A DNA stretch of 64,000 bases, from the NCBI GenBank assembly GCA_965112155.1, contig OZ218098.1. One strand, 5' to 3'. A program made the position numbers and the translations under genes. This DNA comes from Podarcis liolepis. Lineage: Eukaryota. The notes under the pieces are model-generated. The model saw nothing but the letters and a program-made list of their open reading frames with translations. It was not told the origin of the DNA and did not search any database. Below are positions 13,846-28,080 of the stretch, piece after piece (positions within the stretch are counted from its first letter, which is position 1; each line of letters starts with the position of its first letter).

Positions 13846-14398
13846 CAGGCATAGGCAACCTCGGCCCTCCAGATGTTTTGGGACTACAACTCCCATCATC
13901 CCTAACAGTGAAGGGCCTCAGAAATAGAAATTCCAGCATGCTGTTATCAAAGTAAGTGTTACAAGACGGGCAAGACCATAAGCAAGCAGACAAACAAAGC
14001 AACTGTTACAAGACAGGGAAGGCCGTAGGAGGCAGACAAACAAAGAATGAGTAAATTAAGAAGTGTTAACCTTCAAAAGGAGAAACATGGAATGTTAGAG
14101 CCTGATTGGATAAGAATGTAAAGTCTCACTCTCTGTTGTTGTTGTATAGTCTATAAAAAGTGGGCGCACCCTGATTGGGGTGTGCAGATTGCGAGATTAT
14201 CGCGCTGCACCTTTGCTTTGCATATGCATTTCAAATAAACCCTGTTATAACCTGCAAGGATGTTTGCCGCTTTGTGTGAATCTGTGCTTCTGGGACCCTA
14301 TAGCAGATATGGAACAAGTCCAACAACAGGACCAGTGGTCAGGGATGATGGGAGTTGTAGCCCCAAAACATTTGGAGGGCTGAGGTTGCCTATGCCTG
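13846..14398. mobile_element. hAT-type palindromic MITE (8-bp TSD CCCTAGGG) interrupted by a solo LTR
   Basis: Inverted repeats CAGGCATAGGCAACCTC / GAGGTTGCCTATGCCTG; TSD at 13838-13845 and 14399-14406. Confidence 0.88.
13909..14325 (+). mobile_element. Solo LTR (ERV-like), 417 bp, 4-bp TSD ACAG
   Basis: TG...CA ends; ATTGG at ~14105, TATAAAA at ~14152, AATAAA at ~14234; TSD at 13905-13908 and 14326-14329. Confidence 0.85.
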
Positions 14399-15127
14399 CC
14401 CTAGGGGCTCAGTTTGCATACCATATTAAACCATGGCTTAGCACTTGGTGCACAAACTGGAATATGCGTGTGCTGGGATGCACCCAAAGAAAGCCTTGAG
14501 TTTGCATACTCCCTCCTCTTCTTCCCCCACTCCTGACCCACAGGTGGTAGGAGGAGGACCTCTGCAGAACTTAATTTCACTTTCAATATATCCTGGCTTA
14601 TCCTTAACATACAAACTACAAGTTGTGGTTTAAAACAAAATCGAAGCAGTAAACAAGCAAGCTTCAGCCATGAGTTATGCATCTGGTTTGTTCAGAAACT
14701 GACTAGAGTTTGTTTCTAACCAAAATGTCTGGTTAATACTTTAACAAGAAGCAAGGATTTGTGAGAAATGAAATTATATTTTGCAGAAGTTCTTCTGCCA
14801 GCAGGAAAGGACAAGGGAAAGAGGGAGCTCAAGGCTTTGCTTAGGCTTTTGCCAGCTTCTGCACATAGAATTAAACAATGATTTAGCATTACATGCTTAC
14901 TCAATTTATCATTATCAAAAACTGCTTGTGGAAATTCCTCTCAATTTTAAAGATGGTTTGCCATACAGCATGGAGGGGAAAAACACAGAGAAACAATGGC
15001 TAAACAACTTGTCAAAGCACTTCCTGTAACAATTTCTAAAATGATTTCTCAGTATGTTCTGCCATTATTTAAAAGCAGCAACAACCCGTGACCTCTTACA
15101 ATTAACAAAGGACTTGAGTCTCTCCTA

Positions 15128-15310
<183 letters not shown>

Positions 15311-15735
15311 TCAGATTTGAAAGAAGTTCAGAAACATGATATCTGAAGGCAACTTGCTTAGCACATTACAAAGGGTTGGATCCAAATGTGTTTTTCTGCC
15401 TGCATAACAGTCATTGGAAGCTAACTTAAACCATTGGTCTTATCTAACTCAATATTGTCTATGCTAATTGGGCAGCACTACAGAAGGTCTATGTTACATG
15501 TCACACTAGAGCATGGTGTGAAAATAGTGACACTAGATCCAAAGTTGTACTTCATCTGGGCAAGCAGAAGCGCAGTAATTGTAAGACACAGTATAATGTA
15601 TCACTGCTGAAAGTCTTCCTCTAGCACATGTGCAAGTCTTAGTGTGGCAGTCCTGGCACTAGGAACTATTTTCATTTTGCTCGGTGTTTTGGATCCAAGC
15701 CCATGTTCTCAGCAAATGAGAAATACAGTAGCTCA

Positions 15736-15945
<210 letters not shown>

Positions 15946-16679
15946 CTAGAAATAAAGGAACACTAGGTTACCACTGTATCACCTGCTTTTTAAATATAAA
16001 CTTTTTTTAAAAAGCAGTCAGTCATATTTACACTAGCATTGGCTCAACTAGACTCAAGCCCCTATTTATACTCCACCTCTGGAAACATTATATTAAACAA
16101 ATTTAGCCAGAATTATTTACATATTATACAGGGGTATGGGAAATATTCCAGATCATAACTTTCCAGTTATAAATCCTTCAAACCTCCACAAGAAACTTCA
16201 CAAAGAACTTCTGCCTACACTATGGGAGGATTACTACTTTCCACACTAATTCCTTTCCTTTTCTGTCATTCACCCCACTTCTACATGTGCAGACTTCTGA
16301 AAAGTTAGGGTGCTCCCCAATGCCTACTTTTCATCTGTTTTGCATTCCAAATCATATGCACAAGGTAGATTTCCAAAACATATTGCTGTTTTTGAAGACA
16401 GAGAAATAGCATTCAAAGCCAATAGTATGTAGGGCAGGAAAAAGTGGCTCAGAACTGTGATGTGTGACAGCTGTCATGACACTGCTGGAATAAAATATCC
16501 CATCTGAGATGTTCCTTGATACCTGATCTCCCTGCCTGGTAACAAATATGGGGTTTCCTGTCTTTTGAGAGCAGGTTCTGACACATCTTTAAAATACAGT
16601 GAATTGATTTCTAAAAACTTAATAGATCATTGCAATAAAATCCTAAATGTGCACAACTGTACGCACAATCTCTATTTTA

Positions 16680-16895
<216 letters not shown>

Positions 16896-17628
16896 CTACT
16901 AACATACCTGCTGAAATTATCTGGAGAAAAATTAAGCAGCTCCTAGAGCATTCATTTATTTGTAATTCAGATGTTTAAATACTTGTGAAACTAAGAAACA
17001 TAAAATGTGTCTTAACTAGCACAGTGATGCCCAACCTTTGGCGGCCTACAAATAGTAGCAAATTGTTGTTGGATGGTACATATTTACTAGGTTGTTAAGT
17101 AGAACCAAGTAGTAAGATCCTGCAAGCATGGAATAAGTCATGCTAAAGGACTAGGTCTATGTTTTGAAAGTACTGGCCCAGAGCTAAAACCTTAACTGGG
17201 ACAAGCATGTGGACAATAGATTAGTTATAACATACTGGCTGGGAAGCACTGGGCTAGGAATATTAGGAAATGCACAATTTTGCTCGATGAAGCAGAATAC
17301 TATATTCAAAAGATATATATTAGAAAGTGACATAGTTTCATATTATAGAAAGGACATCTGTAATTATCAATGGAGAGTATTTAATAAATGGCTTACACTG
17401 AACAAAAGTTTTTACTATTGCTCCAAAAAAGCAATCCAAAAACACATTTGAAATATTTCAGAATTTCAGGTAAATCCATCATGTAAATGATTCAGAATCA
17501 GACAAGTGTGTAAGAAAGTAATTTAAGTGGACCAATGTTGAAAGAGTTTTGTGCTTAATTATTAAAAGTGCAAGACATTATATTGAGAGTTACCTACCTG
17601 AATGAAGTTAACGATAAACCAGGGCTTA

Positions 17629-17841
<213 letters not shown>

Positions 17842-18329
17842 TTAGAGAAGTCATGATTAAATACCATATCTCATGAACATATTATTTAAGAATTCAGTCA
17901 GGAAAATCAGCAAGAATTGGATTCAGTATCTTAAGTATATGAAACTATCAGAATCCAGTGCAGATTCTGCTCTTTTCATGTCTCAACCCATGAAGCTCCT
18001 ATTATTCAACAGTTACAGCACAGTGGCTAGGTACTAGAACAGAGCAACAAATCTAGAGAACAGACCATGCTGATAATCTGAGGCTGCCCTCTACATCTCT
18101 ATAAAGGACAACAACTGCAGGATACTATGGACAGTATACCCAGCTCTCCTCCCAATCTAAGGTCACCAGATGCACCAACCAGCACCAAAACAAAATGCAG
18201 ATTCAGTTCCTAAGCCACTAGTAGCAAACTACTGCTAAAGTAAGAATGTCTTCATCCCAACTCAATGTATCTAGGAATATTATTCAAGTTGCATGACTGT
18301 CTCCCTAAAAAGGCCATGTCCTCAAACTA

Positions 18330-18671
<342 letters not shown>

Positions 18672-19381
18672 TTAAAATTAATATGTAACTGGCATGAATG
18701 AATTGAACTTCTTTAAGACTACACACTCAAATGTTTTAACTGTCAAAACTATGATTGAGTTCCATGAGGTTATTATACCTAATCATTCCACTCTTGTGGT
18801 TTCTTTTTTAAACACACACATTACTTTGAGCATACTCTGGCACATGTTTTGTTAGCAAGTTCTATTTCTTTTATTCATTACACTTGAAAGTCTCTGGCTT
18901 CCCAGGAGAATGAGATTGGATATAGCCAAACTCATGGAAAAGCAGGAAATCAAAAGTTCAGCCACCATGGTTGCTGATGCAAGTTCCCCCCCCCCCCTCT
19001 CATCTAGCAAGCCAATGTAACTTGGGGAAGAGCCCAAACCTATAACCATGGGGGAGACTTGTTCCTTGCATGCTTAGCTTCAGAACTGGATCCTAGCCTC
19101 AGTATAATTTGAGAGCAAAGTATGATTTCCCCAGTTCAAACATGATAAACCGTGGTTATCACTAACTAGGAAAAAATCTTCACAATGAAGTACAATTTCT
19201 GATTGCCCATCAGAAGTTTCAAGTCTATCATTTTTATTGTTTCTGGCAAGTCAGCTGCCAGGCTTCAATACTGCAGCTACTCTTTTATGCTGTGCACTGT
19301 GCACTAATGACTTAAAGAAGCAGCTAAACTTCCACTAGTCCCCACTCACTCTGTATAATGTATAAAGTTACATTCACTTAC

Positions 19382-19460
19382 TCCCTTGTCCTTGGTCATC
19401 TTCATCATTGGGGAATAAATCATCCAGTGGCTCTTTGGTAGAATCTGTGTCTTTATCCTC
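19382..19460 (-). CDS. KLC1: KLC1 coding exon 3 (EDKDTDSTKEPLDDLFPNDEDDQGQG), contains the LFP autoinhibitory motif
   Basis: 79 nt, AG/GT flanks, manual translation. Confidence 0.96.
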
Positions 19461-19736
19461 CTAGACAAATCCCAAGAAACAACAAGCAGTTAGAACCACT
19501 GAATCAATATGGATATGCGCATCATGCATATCCACAAATTGCAAAAGGCACCCTTGTCTCCCCACCCTACTTCTCAAACTAATACCATTACTGAAAAGTG
19601 TATCATCTACTAAGCATGATATTTAGAAGTGCAAAAAGAGAACTCTAAGTTTATGACCAGATGATCTTGAGAAAAGGGTAACAAAGGTGATCACAGGGCT
19701 GGACAACTCTCCTATGAGGAAAGGTCCCAACATTTA

Positions 19737-20039
<303 letters not shown>

Positions 20040-20231
20040 CTAGAAAGGACCAGAAATTACAAGTATTATTCCTCTTGTCTTGCAATATTTGAACATATAT
20101 GTGGGTTAGCATCAACTGCATCGCTGCTTTACAAATCCAACATTTGAGATTTTAATTGTTAACATTGTTAAAAAACTGTATCAAAGCAAGATAACACTTT
20201 GACACCAGACTAAACAGAAATGGCTTTTCAC

Positions 20232-20492
20232 CTGTGCTTCACTGAGTCCAAGTTCCAGCATTTCCAGAGACTTGCGAATCATGTTTGATTTTTCTTCCAC
20301 CAAATTTGTTTCGTCATCTTTCTTCAAACACTTCAGTGTCTCCAGTAAACTCTGTAAGATGGAATTGTGCTCATTCTTCAAAGCTTCTAGCCCTTGAATC
20401 ACTTGCTTAGTCTTTGAAATAATTTCATCTTGAGTGAGTTTCTCCAACTTGTCTTCCTTTAGATACACCATTGTGGACATGTTGTCATACAT
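20232..20492 (-). CDS. KLC1: Kinesin light chain 1, coding exon 1 (MYDNMSTMVYLKEDKLEKL...LGLSEAQ)
   Basis: Translation matches the KLC1 N-terminus; acceptor AG at 20495-20494 with one UTR base (20493); donor CAG|GTGAAA; 261 nt. Confidence 0.97.
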
Positions 20493-22128
20493 TCTAAGAA
20501 AACACAGAAATGGTAACTTTAGTTTAAAGCCAAACAACATATTTTACAATTCTTATTGGTCTTAATTGAAAACTGATGCAGCAGACCAAAGCATGCCAAA
20601 ATGGCATAAAACATATTGGTATGCATACTCTAGATTTTGAATGTAGGTGTGTCTACAATAACTCCTGTGAAATTTCCTATTCAAAACAAACATTTTCCAC
20701 AATACAAAGCAGTGCTCCAATATTTTGTATCTTGTATACAGCTACAGATTCGTGCAATAAAATATTGTCAATACATTTGCAGTAAATCTTACTATCACAA
20801 AAAGGCTATGCAGTCAACAATATTTTAATTTCTAAAAGGTTTGGGTAAGCTTTGCCGGCCAGCAAGATACATATATTTTAGTAGATGAGCCTCAGGGTCC
20901 CTTTCAAATCTACAATTATATGATTTATGAATTATGAGTTATGTAGCAGCCCATCAATAAATATTCACTGGGCAGCGTACAATAAAACAGTATTAAAAAT
21001 ACAGGATATATAATTTAAATATTAAGACAGTACAAAAACTTCCTTACAATAGGGACAGCATAATTTACAATCCATATTTTAAACAATATTAAAATATTAT
21101 CCCTGGGCCATATTATTAATAATAAAAAATAAATTAACAATATTCAACTAAGTCATCACACTAGTGGAAGCCAGTGCAATAGCCACAACATGCCCTCCCC
21201 AAATCTGCCCTGGAGAGTGAGCAGAATCCCCAGAACAGCAAGGGCAAGGAAGGAGAGACTGTGCTGTCAAGCAAGCAGAAACGCTTGAGCTGATGGACTG
21301 ATCTCCCCAGCATTACACTGAATACGGCCCCATGGTCTCAAAGCTTTTGAATTCTGATATCCTTCCTACACACACACATGGACCAGAAAGCACTTAACAT
21401 CTGTCTGTTTCAGTATTGATTTGTGTGAAATATCCATTTATTAATCCTGTTTTGCAGGCATACATTGTCACCCAACCCAAAGGGATGGGAAATTTTAAAA
21501 ATGACAAGAATATTGAAATGGCTGAGTAAGGGAAACTAATGAAAGACAGGTAAAAGGGATTTTTCCTGTTATTTTATAATATAGCAAACCAGTGCATTCA
21601 GCTCTAAAAGCTGCTGACAGAAGCACTTCTAAATGACTTCCATGGGTCAAAAGCAGTTTACTGCTCTCTCAATAACCTGTAGAGCCTGCTTGGGCACTAT
21701 TCATTTAACCAGTTCTTCCATAGATTTACAATTTCAGAGAGGTATTCAAATTTCCATTGAAGACATGTTTAGGAGGGAGGGAACCCAGTAAGTATATGGT
21801 TATCAGGAGAAATAATAATAATCATGGACCATAAGGGATTATCTCAGAACAGTAAAAAAGAGCCAGCACCTTTATGCTCCTCCTCACTCAGGACAGAGGT
21901 AGATGAAACTATAGTCTCCTGCCCACATGCAAGATGAATCACATTAAAACAATTGAAGTAAACATTAAAGCAGCAGATACCGCGTGGCTTCCAATGTTGT
22001 CCAATTCCCTGATGGAAGAAAGGGGAGAGGAGCAGTTTCTAGCAATTCCCCCTGCTCCCCCTCCATAAATCTCATTTGGAGGACTGAAGGGACCCTGTGC
22101 AACAGAAATTATTTTGCATCAGCTAGAG

Positions 22129-22261
22129 CAGGCTTCCTCAACCTTGGCCCTCCAGATGTTTTTGGCCTACAACTACCATGATTCCTAGCTAGCAGGACCA
22201 GTGGTCAGGGATGAGAACTGTAGTCTCAAAACATCTGGAGGGCCAAGGCTGAGGAAGCCTG
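22129..22261. mobile_element. hAT-type palindromic MITE with 8-bp TSD AGCTAGAG
   Basis: Inverted repeats CAGGCTTCCTCA / TGAGGAAGCCTG; related to the MITE at 13846. Confidence 0.88.
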
Positions 22262-23360
22262 AGCTAGAGCAAATATGGGGAACTTGTGGCTATCTATATG
22301 CAGTGTTCAAAACTCCCATTGTTCCAGGCGTATTTTGCAACAGGGAACTGCATTAGCGAGAGCAGTTTCTGAGCTCTGGGCACAGTACTGTGCCTAAGAT
22401 TTCAGATTAAGACTGCAGAGTGGAAGGAAAGGAGGAACTTTTTCTGTCTCCCCACTTCCAGCTGCTCTCTGAAGACTGGAGAAGAGAACCTTTTAAGAAT
22501 ATTAGGGGGGGTCAGCAGGAAAAGGACTAGACCATGTGAAAAATGAACATAATACTTTAGCTGCAGTTCATTCATTTTCAGCTTTGTATTCTTGTTATAA
22601 AAAGTGCGCCTAGACATTCCATTCTTGTGCCCATAACCTAGGTTTAAGGTGCCATTTAGCTGTCATATCTCAGTTTCTAACACTATATGTTGCTGAACAA
22701 CAACTTCTATAATCCATTACTATTGACCATGCCAGCTTGAGTGATGGGAGTTGGAAGTCTAATGACGTCTGGAGGACCACTGACTCCCCACCCATGAGTT
22801 AGAATGGGTAGGATTGAGCTGTCCTTTCTTTGTTTAAGATGCAATACCAAAATACTTAGTCACCTCCACAGATCTGAAAGCAAAAAGAAGAGTTGAGAGA
22901 CTTGTCACACTTCCCTAATTTGCCAGGAACTGTTTCCTGAAAAAACAAAATTTCACACGGCACAGTCAGACACACATGACTCACTGGGAGGTGGGGTTGG
23001 GGTGAGAGACTGCAACTGAATTTTGAAAAAGGCACAGCAAAAACACAACAGCAATTTCCAACATATTCAACACAGAATATATTCTAATTGTAAAGGACCA
23101 CTCATTAGCAATTAACCAATTTTCTTTTCCCATTATGATACTAAACTTCAACTTGAATCACGAGTGCTATAGACAAGCACATTCACCATTCATAGCTAGT
23201 ACATATCATGGCTTGGATCCAGATATGTCTTGCAAAAGCAAAAAGGGACTTCCACAACGCAGGCTTATATTCTCCAAGTTTCCCTTCCCCACTGCAGCCT
23301 GTGCTCAATTAAAACCTATTCCAGAAGGTCCGTCAGGAATAGCTGTTATAAGGGTAACTA

Positions 23361-23709
23361 AGGTAAAGGTAAAGGGACCCCTGACCATTAGGTCCAGTCG
23401 TGGCCGACTCTGGGGTTGCGGCACTCATCTCGCTCTATAGGCTGAGGAAGCCGGCGTACAGCTTCCGGGTCATGTGGCCAGCATGACTAAGTCGCTTCTG
23501 GCAAACCAGAGCAGCGCACGGAAACGCCGTTTACCTTCCCGCCGGAGTGGTACCTATTTATCTACTTGCACTTTGACGTGCTTTCGAACTGCTAGGTTGG
23601 CAGGAGCAGGGACCGAGCAATAGGAGCTCACCCTGTCGCAGGGATTTGAACCGCCGACCTTCTGATCGGCAAGTCCTAGGCTCTGTGGTTTAACCCACAG
23701 TGCCACCCA
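23361..23709 (-). mobile_element. Sauria-type SINE with 13-bp TSD ATAAGGGTAACTA
   Basis: Reverse-complement of the same family; TSD at 23348-23360 and 23710-23722. Confidence 0.9.
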
Positions 23710-24419
23710 ATAAGGGTAACTATTAGTTGCCAATTCTCTGTTAAAGCAAATACCTCTGTACCACTCACAGAACTCCTTCCCTAGGGAGGCTAACCATGCA
23801 CCCATTCTTCTCTTTTGGCACTGTAAGAAGATCTGCTTTTCTGAAGCCTTTTATGCTTCATGCTTTAACCTATTTTAAATGCATCTCTGTTCCTGGTTTG
23901 CTGTGTACTATTGATTTCATTGTTCTATGCATTTTATTGTGAATTGCCAGGGAGCAAATTGGTTGCATTCAAATATGCAAAATATATCAGAAAATAAATC
24001 TAAACAACAGCCTTTGGGCCATAACATGTTTCCAAACACTGGGTGGAGCTTCTTATTCCTAAATCTGAGCATGTGCATACGTGTGACAGAGCTAGAAAAA
24101 GGTATGCAAAGTATTGTATCTTATTTCTCTTGTTCTTCAATGGTTCTACTTGGAGCACACCTTTACTTGAAGTAGGAAAATAATATTATGAATTTGGGGG
24201 GATGTTGCAGACTACCCATAATCCTAAGTTTAGTAAAGGGGTAGAATTTATCTGATTTTGGAGTATGAAGGGAAGATACCAGTGAAAAATAAAGGCTGAG
24301 CTAGGTCTCCTGGTTCAGGAACTCACTGATACCAATGCCATTAAGATCACAAGGAGAAACAACCACCAGGCATTAAAAACCAATTGACCATGCATATGTT
24401 GTCCTTCCCCCAGTTGTGT

Positions 24420-24950
24420 GTTAGTTAGCAGAAGACAATATCAGAGTTGAGCTATTGGAGAGTTACAGCGCCTGCTGTGGCAGTAGAGACCAAAACGAAA
24501 AATACAGGATCTGTTGCAGCTGAGGCAGATGAAAGTGTTTGGTTGTGCTGACGCAAGTGTACCATGGTGTTTCTTCTTCCAACGGTCATTCCTCCTCAGG
24601 TCACTGCTGTGGATATACAACCTGTTTGTCTGTCTCCAGGCACTGTGGTCGTCTGCAAGGGATTTCCACACCACAGGATTAATGTTGCCAGCCTTCATGT
24701 CAAGTTTGCGGACATTTTTGTAATGAGGAGTTGGTCTAACAATGGGCCCGGTGCCTGAAGCAAGCTCTCCACAGAGCATGTCCTTGGGGATCCTGCCATC
24801 TTTTATTCCGTGGACATTACCAACCTAGCGTAGATGTTGCTGAGACAGGAGTGCAAAGATGGTGAGAATGTGGGCTTGGGAGAGCACATCTTTGTTTAAG
24901 ATGCTCTCCTGCCATGTGAATCCCAAAATCTTCCTGACATGTGTAGAAGA
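24420..24950 (-). mobile_element. Degraded non-BovB RTE-clade LINE 3' part with terminal C2H2-like knuckle
   Basis: DGRIPKDMLCGELASG...LDMKAGNINPVVWKSLADDHSAWRQ...FICLSCNRSC..RFGLYCHSRRC. Confidence 0.8.
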
Positions 24951-25699
24951 CTACGGTTATCACAAGGACTGATGCTGGCAATTGTCCCTTTAATGCCCCA
25001 GCATAAGGCTTAACATGCATGGACTTAGCTTTGTTTGCTATTTGTAACCTGTCCCTTCCAGAGTTAATATGGATCTTTGTCAACAGCACAGCGTTTATTC
25101 AGTAGAAATTAGCAAATGTCACAAGGCTTGTAAAGTATGATAAACAATGCACTAGCTGGAAGAATCAAAGGCTGGTTGTCTGTAACATATAAGCTGAGTT
25201 TCTCACACAACTGCTTTTAGTTTGAAGAACGTAGCTGCTTGGGATCTAGAGCAGTATTCCCTTTTCCTCCCAGGAATGCATAAAGAAGGTAAAGCCCAGT
25301 GACATATAACTCATATGTGTATTATGAACACATGAATTAGCCTTGTCAGCATAGTGAAACAATACATAATAGGGAGCCAGACAACTGGCAAAACCACAAC
25401 TCAGCTGCTGAAACTAAGATGAGGAACTTAAGAGATAGACCCAGAACTAACAGAGATGTTTCAACCCGGCTGTAAGATGCCATGCAGGCTATTGCTTGGT
25501 AGCCTTACGCTTAACTGTTTGTAGTCTTATGCCTTATTTAGTTTTGTGAGGGTTTAGTTAGCTTATTGTATAATTTATACAATTATTATGCTTTTTTCAG
25601 CCTAGCTATCACAAACCTTGTTTGTGATTTTACTTGCTGTACATGAATAAAATTGATAACAAGCACACTTTTGGGTGAAGACTGTTTCCAAATCCACAA

Positions 25700-28080
25700 A
25701 GAACATGAGTCTCCTCTATTTCATCTGCTACATGAGACTGGTACCAAGGCATCATGATCTGTGTACTTGAAGATTCCGAGAGATAGGAATCCTGATCCCC
25801 ATCAAATCCCTCTGTTGTGCACTTTGATTTTCAGTTTTCTAGCTGTGGACTGGACAACAGTGTCTTGCTTTGTGTAGCTTGGGTCCAATTCCATAAATAA
25901 AATTGTCTACAATATCTTCTTTTGAATGACTTGCATGGCAGCACAGTTCTTCCATATGTTCCTATAATTTCACTCATAGGAGAACCACGTTGATTGTACA
26001 CAACTATGAACTTCTGCAGCCTTGCTTCATTAACTAGCTTCAATTTACATGGTTTTAAGCTTTTGTTACCTCATTCCAAATCCAATCACTTTAAAGAAGA
26101 AAGCATGGCTTGTACATTCTCATTTCCTTCCTGAACCTTGAAGGCTGAATCTTCCCTCGCTTAAAAAGGCATCCAGTGAAGCAAAGAAATCCAGATACGG
26201 ATTTGCACATGGTGATCATAAATGAGCTAGCTATCACACATCTATGTAGTACTTCAAACTACTCTTTGATTGCAAACCTACTTCCATCCAAACATTTGCT
26301 TTCAGAATTTCCTAGAAGAATGAGTAACATAGCCATGTCATAGGTGCACGTAATAATGTAATTTAGTGAAGTACATGACATTGCAAGGTAATAAATTAAG
26401 TCAATTATATATCTTCGTCTTGTTTCTGGTCAGTCATTGCCAGTTCAGACTCCACTAGCATACACATGGAAAGAAGGAACATTCCATCAACTCATGTGCA
26501 ATCTATGATAGATAGCTGTCGACTATGGATTCTACTTTTAAGTGAAAACTGTCAGTTTAAAACATGGTTGCATCTATGTGACCAAATCAGAGGTACTAAT
26601 ATCAGGGGATATACCTGTAACTCTTTTTTGTAGTGATACAGGTATTGTCACCTTAAATATACAGTATTTTCTTATTTTTCTTCTGACTGTTGTAAAAGAT
26701 TACACCTTGTAATGGCTGGTTTGAAATGTAATAGATTCTCACAGCAATGAAGTTGTCATAAGCTTTATTTCCCTTGTGGAACATATTCAACAGGAAATCA
26801 GCTGTAGGGGATGGTACAGCTTTCTTGTAGCCATTGTCTCTTGAGACAGATGGATGCCAACAACCATGCTGAACAATGAGAGTTTGATGTATGCTTCAAA
26901 GGGATACAAACTTTCTTCCATCTTTCTTTGATCTTTATCATGAAGATAAACTGTGCACGGTCCTTCCTCATGTTAGTTGCAGTTCAGCAGTAGTATCTTC
27001 CTCTTTGTGGCACCCCAGCTCTTCAAAATTTGGTTTTACTCAAAATGCTTGATCTTAGTAAATGACTTTCTGTCCAGCTTTGTCCAATAGATATGGGTTG
27101 GTAAATGCTAACATTTCTGTTAGATTACTTGCAGCATTAGCATTGCCTATCTGTTCCAATCTCATGTCAACAGCAGATCTTGGGATTTTTTTCCCTTTTC
27201 AACATATGCACAGAGCTGCTTGCCAGGGTGAGGCTCTTACATTTTCAGCATGTTGTCTTGCAGTCAACACAGGCCATCTTGCATAGGTTGGCTGACTGAA
27301 GAAAAAGAACAAGCTGAACACCTGACCAAGGCAATGTACAAGTAGACCATGTCTGTCAATGTGTTTGCTACAGGAAAATGTGTGAAAGAGGCAAATGAGT
27401 CAAATGCTGGTAAACTAGTATGATGCCATTTCACCATGCTCACCTGACTTAAGTTTTCCTTGATAATTCCACGTATGCACTGATGAAATGTCTTATATCA
27501 TCAGTCAACTATTTCCTTCTGAAGGCATGCCTCAAACAGCCAAACTCCTCAGGTTATTTCAGAAGGACAAATGTTACACAGACTCATCTCTCAGCACTGG
27601 TAATTCCTACAGCACATATACTAGCAACATCATAAACGTTGCATCATACAATGTTGATTATTTACCCCAACTGTTCTCATTGTGCACAGAATTAAACTAC
27701 ATCAGCATATTTATTTAAGTACAGTTTGTGTAGCTATTTAACAACACTATGGCCCAAATCCATCAGAACACAGAGTCATCAAAAGATGCATCCAGCCAAT
27801 TTACTGGGGTCCAAATGAGCATGTCCACAGATGGGAATGCACATCTTTATCAATAGGGTGCATGCAATCCTGCTTCTACATGCAGCTCTCCTTTCTTGGA
27901 ACAAGGTGTAAATGGCTGGTGCAATAAATGAAAAATACTTAACAGGTGCCATACATCTGTATCCCAATGAAGCCAGTGAGCTGTCTATTGGGTGATATCC
28001 AACAGTCACTGAGATCAACAAAAATAAATTTGCAGCTAGTTTCAGTTGGACTTAGTGGAGATCACCCATTGTCAGCACAA
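25700..28080 (-). mobile_element. Decayed DNA-transposon coding fossil, Academ-like (transposase plus XPG-type nuclease), with many stops, frameshifts and deletions
   Basis: Ordered minus-strand motifs from manual translation: GEHGEMASY..LFFFFSQPTYARW (27444-27274), RSAVDMRLEQIGNANAASNLTEMLAFTN (~27180-27100), TADFLLN, YPLILVPL/FGHIDATM (~26611-26565), VDGMFLL, VWMEVG (~26294), MCKSVSGFLCFTGC..GKIQP (26210-26140), VNEARLQKF..LPCKS (26035-25925), FDGDQ. Confidence 0.7.
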
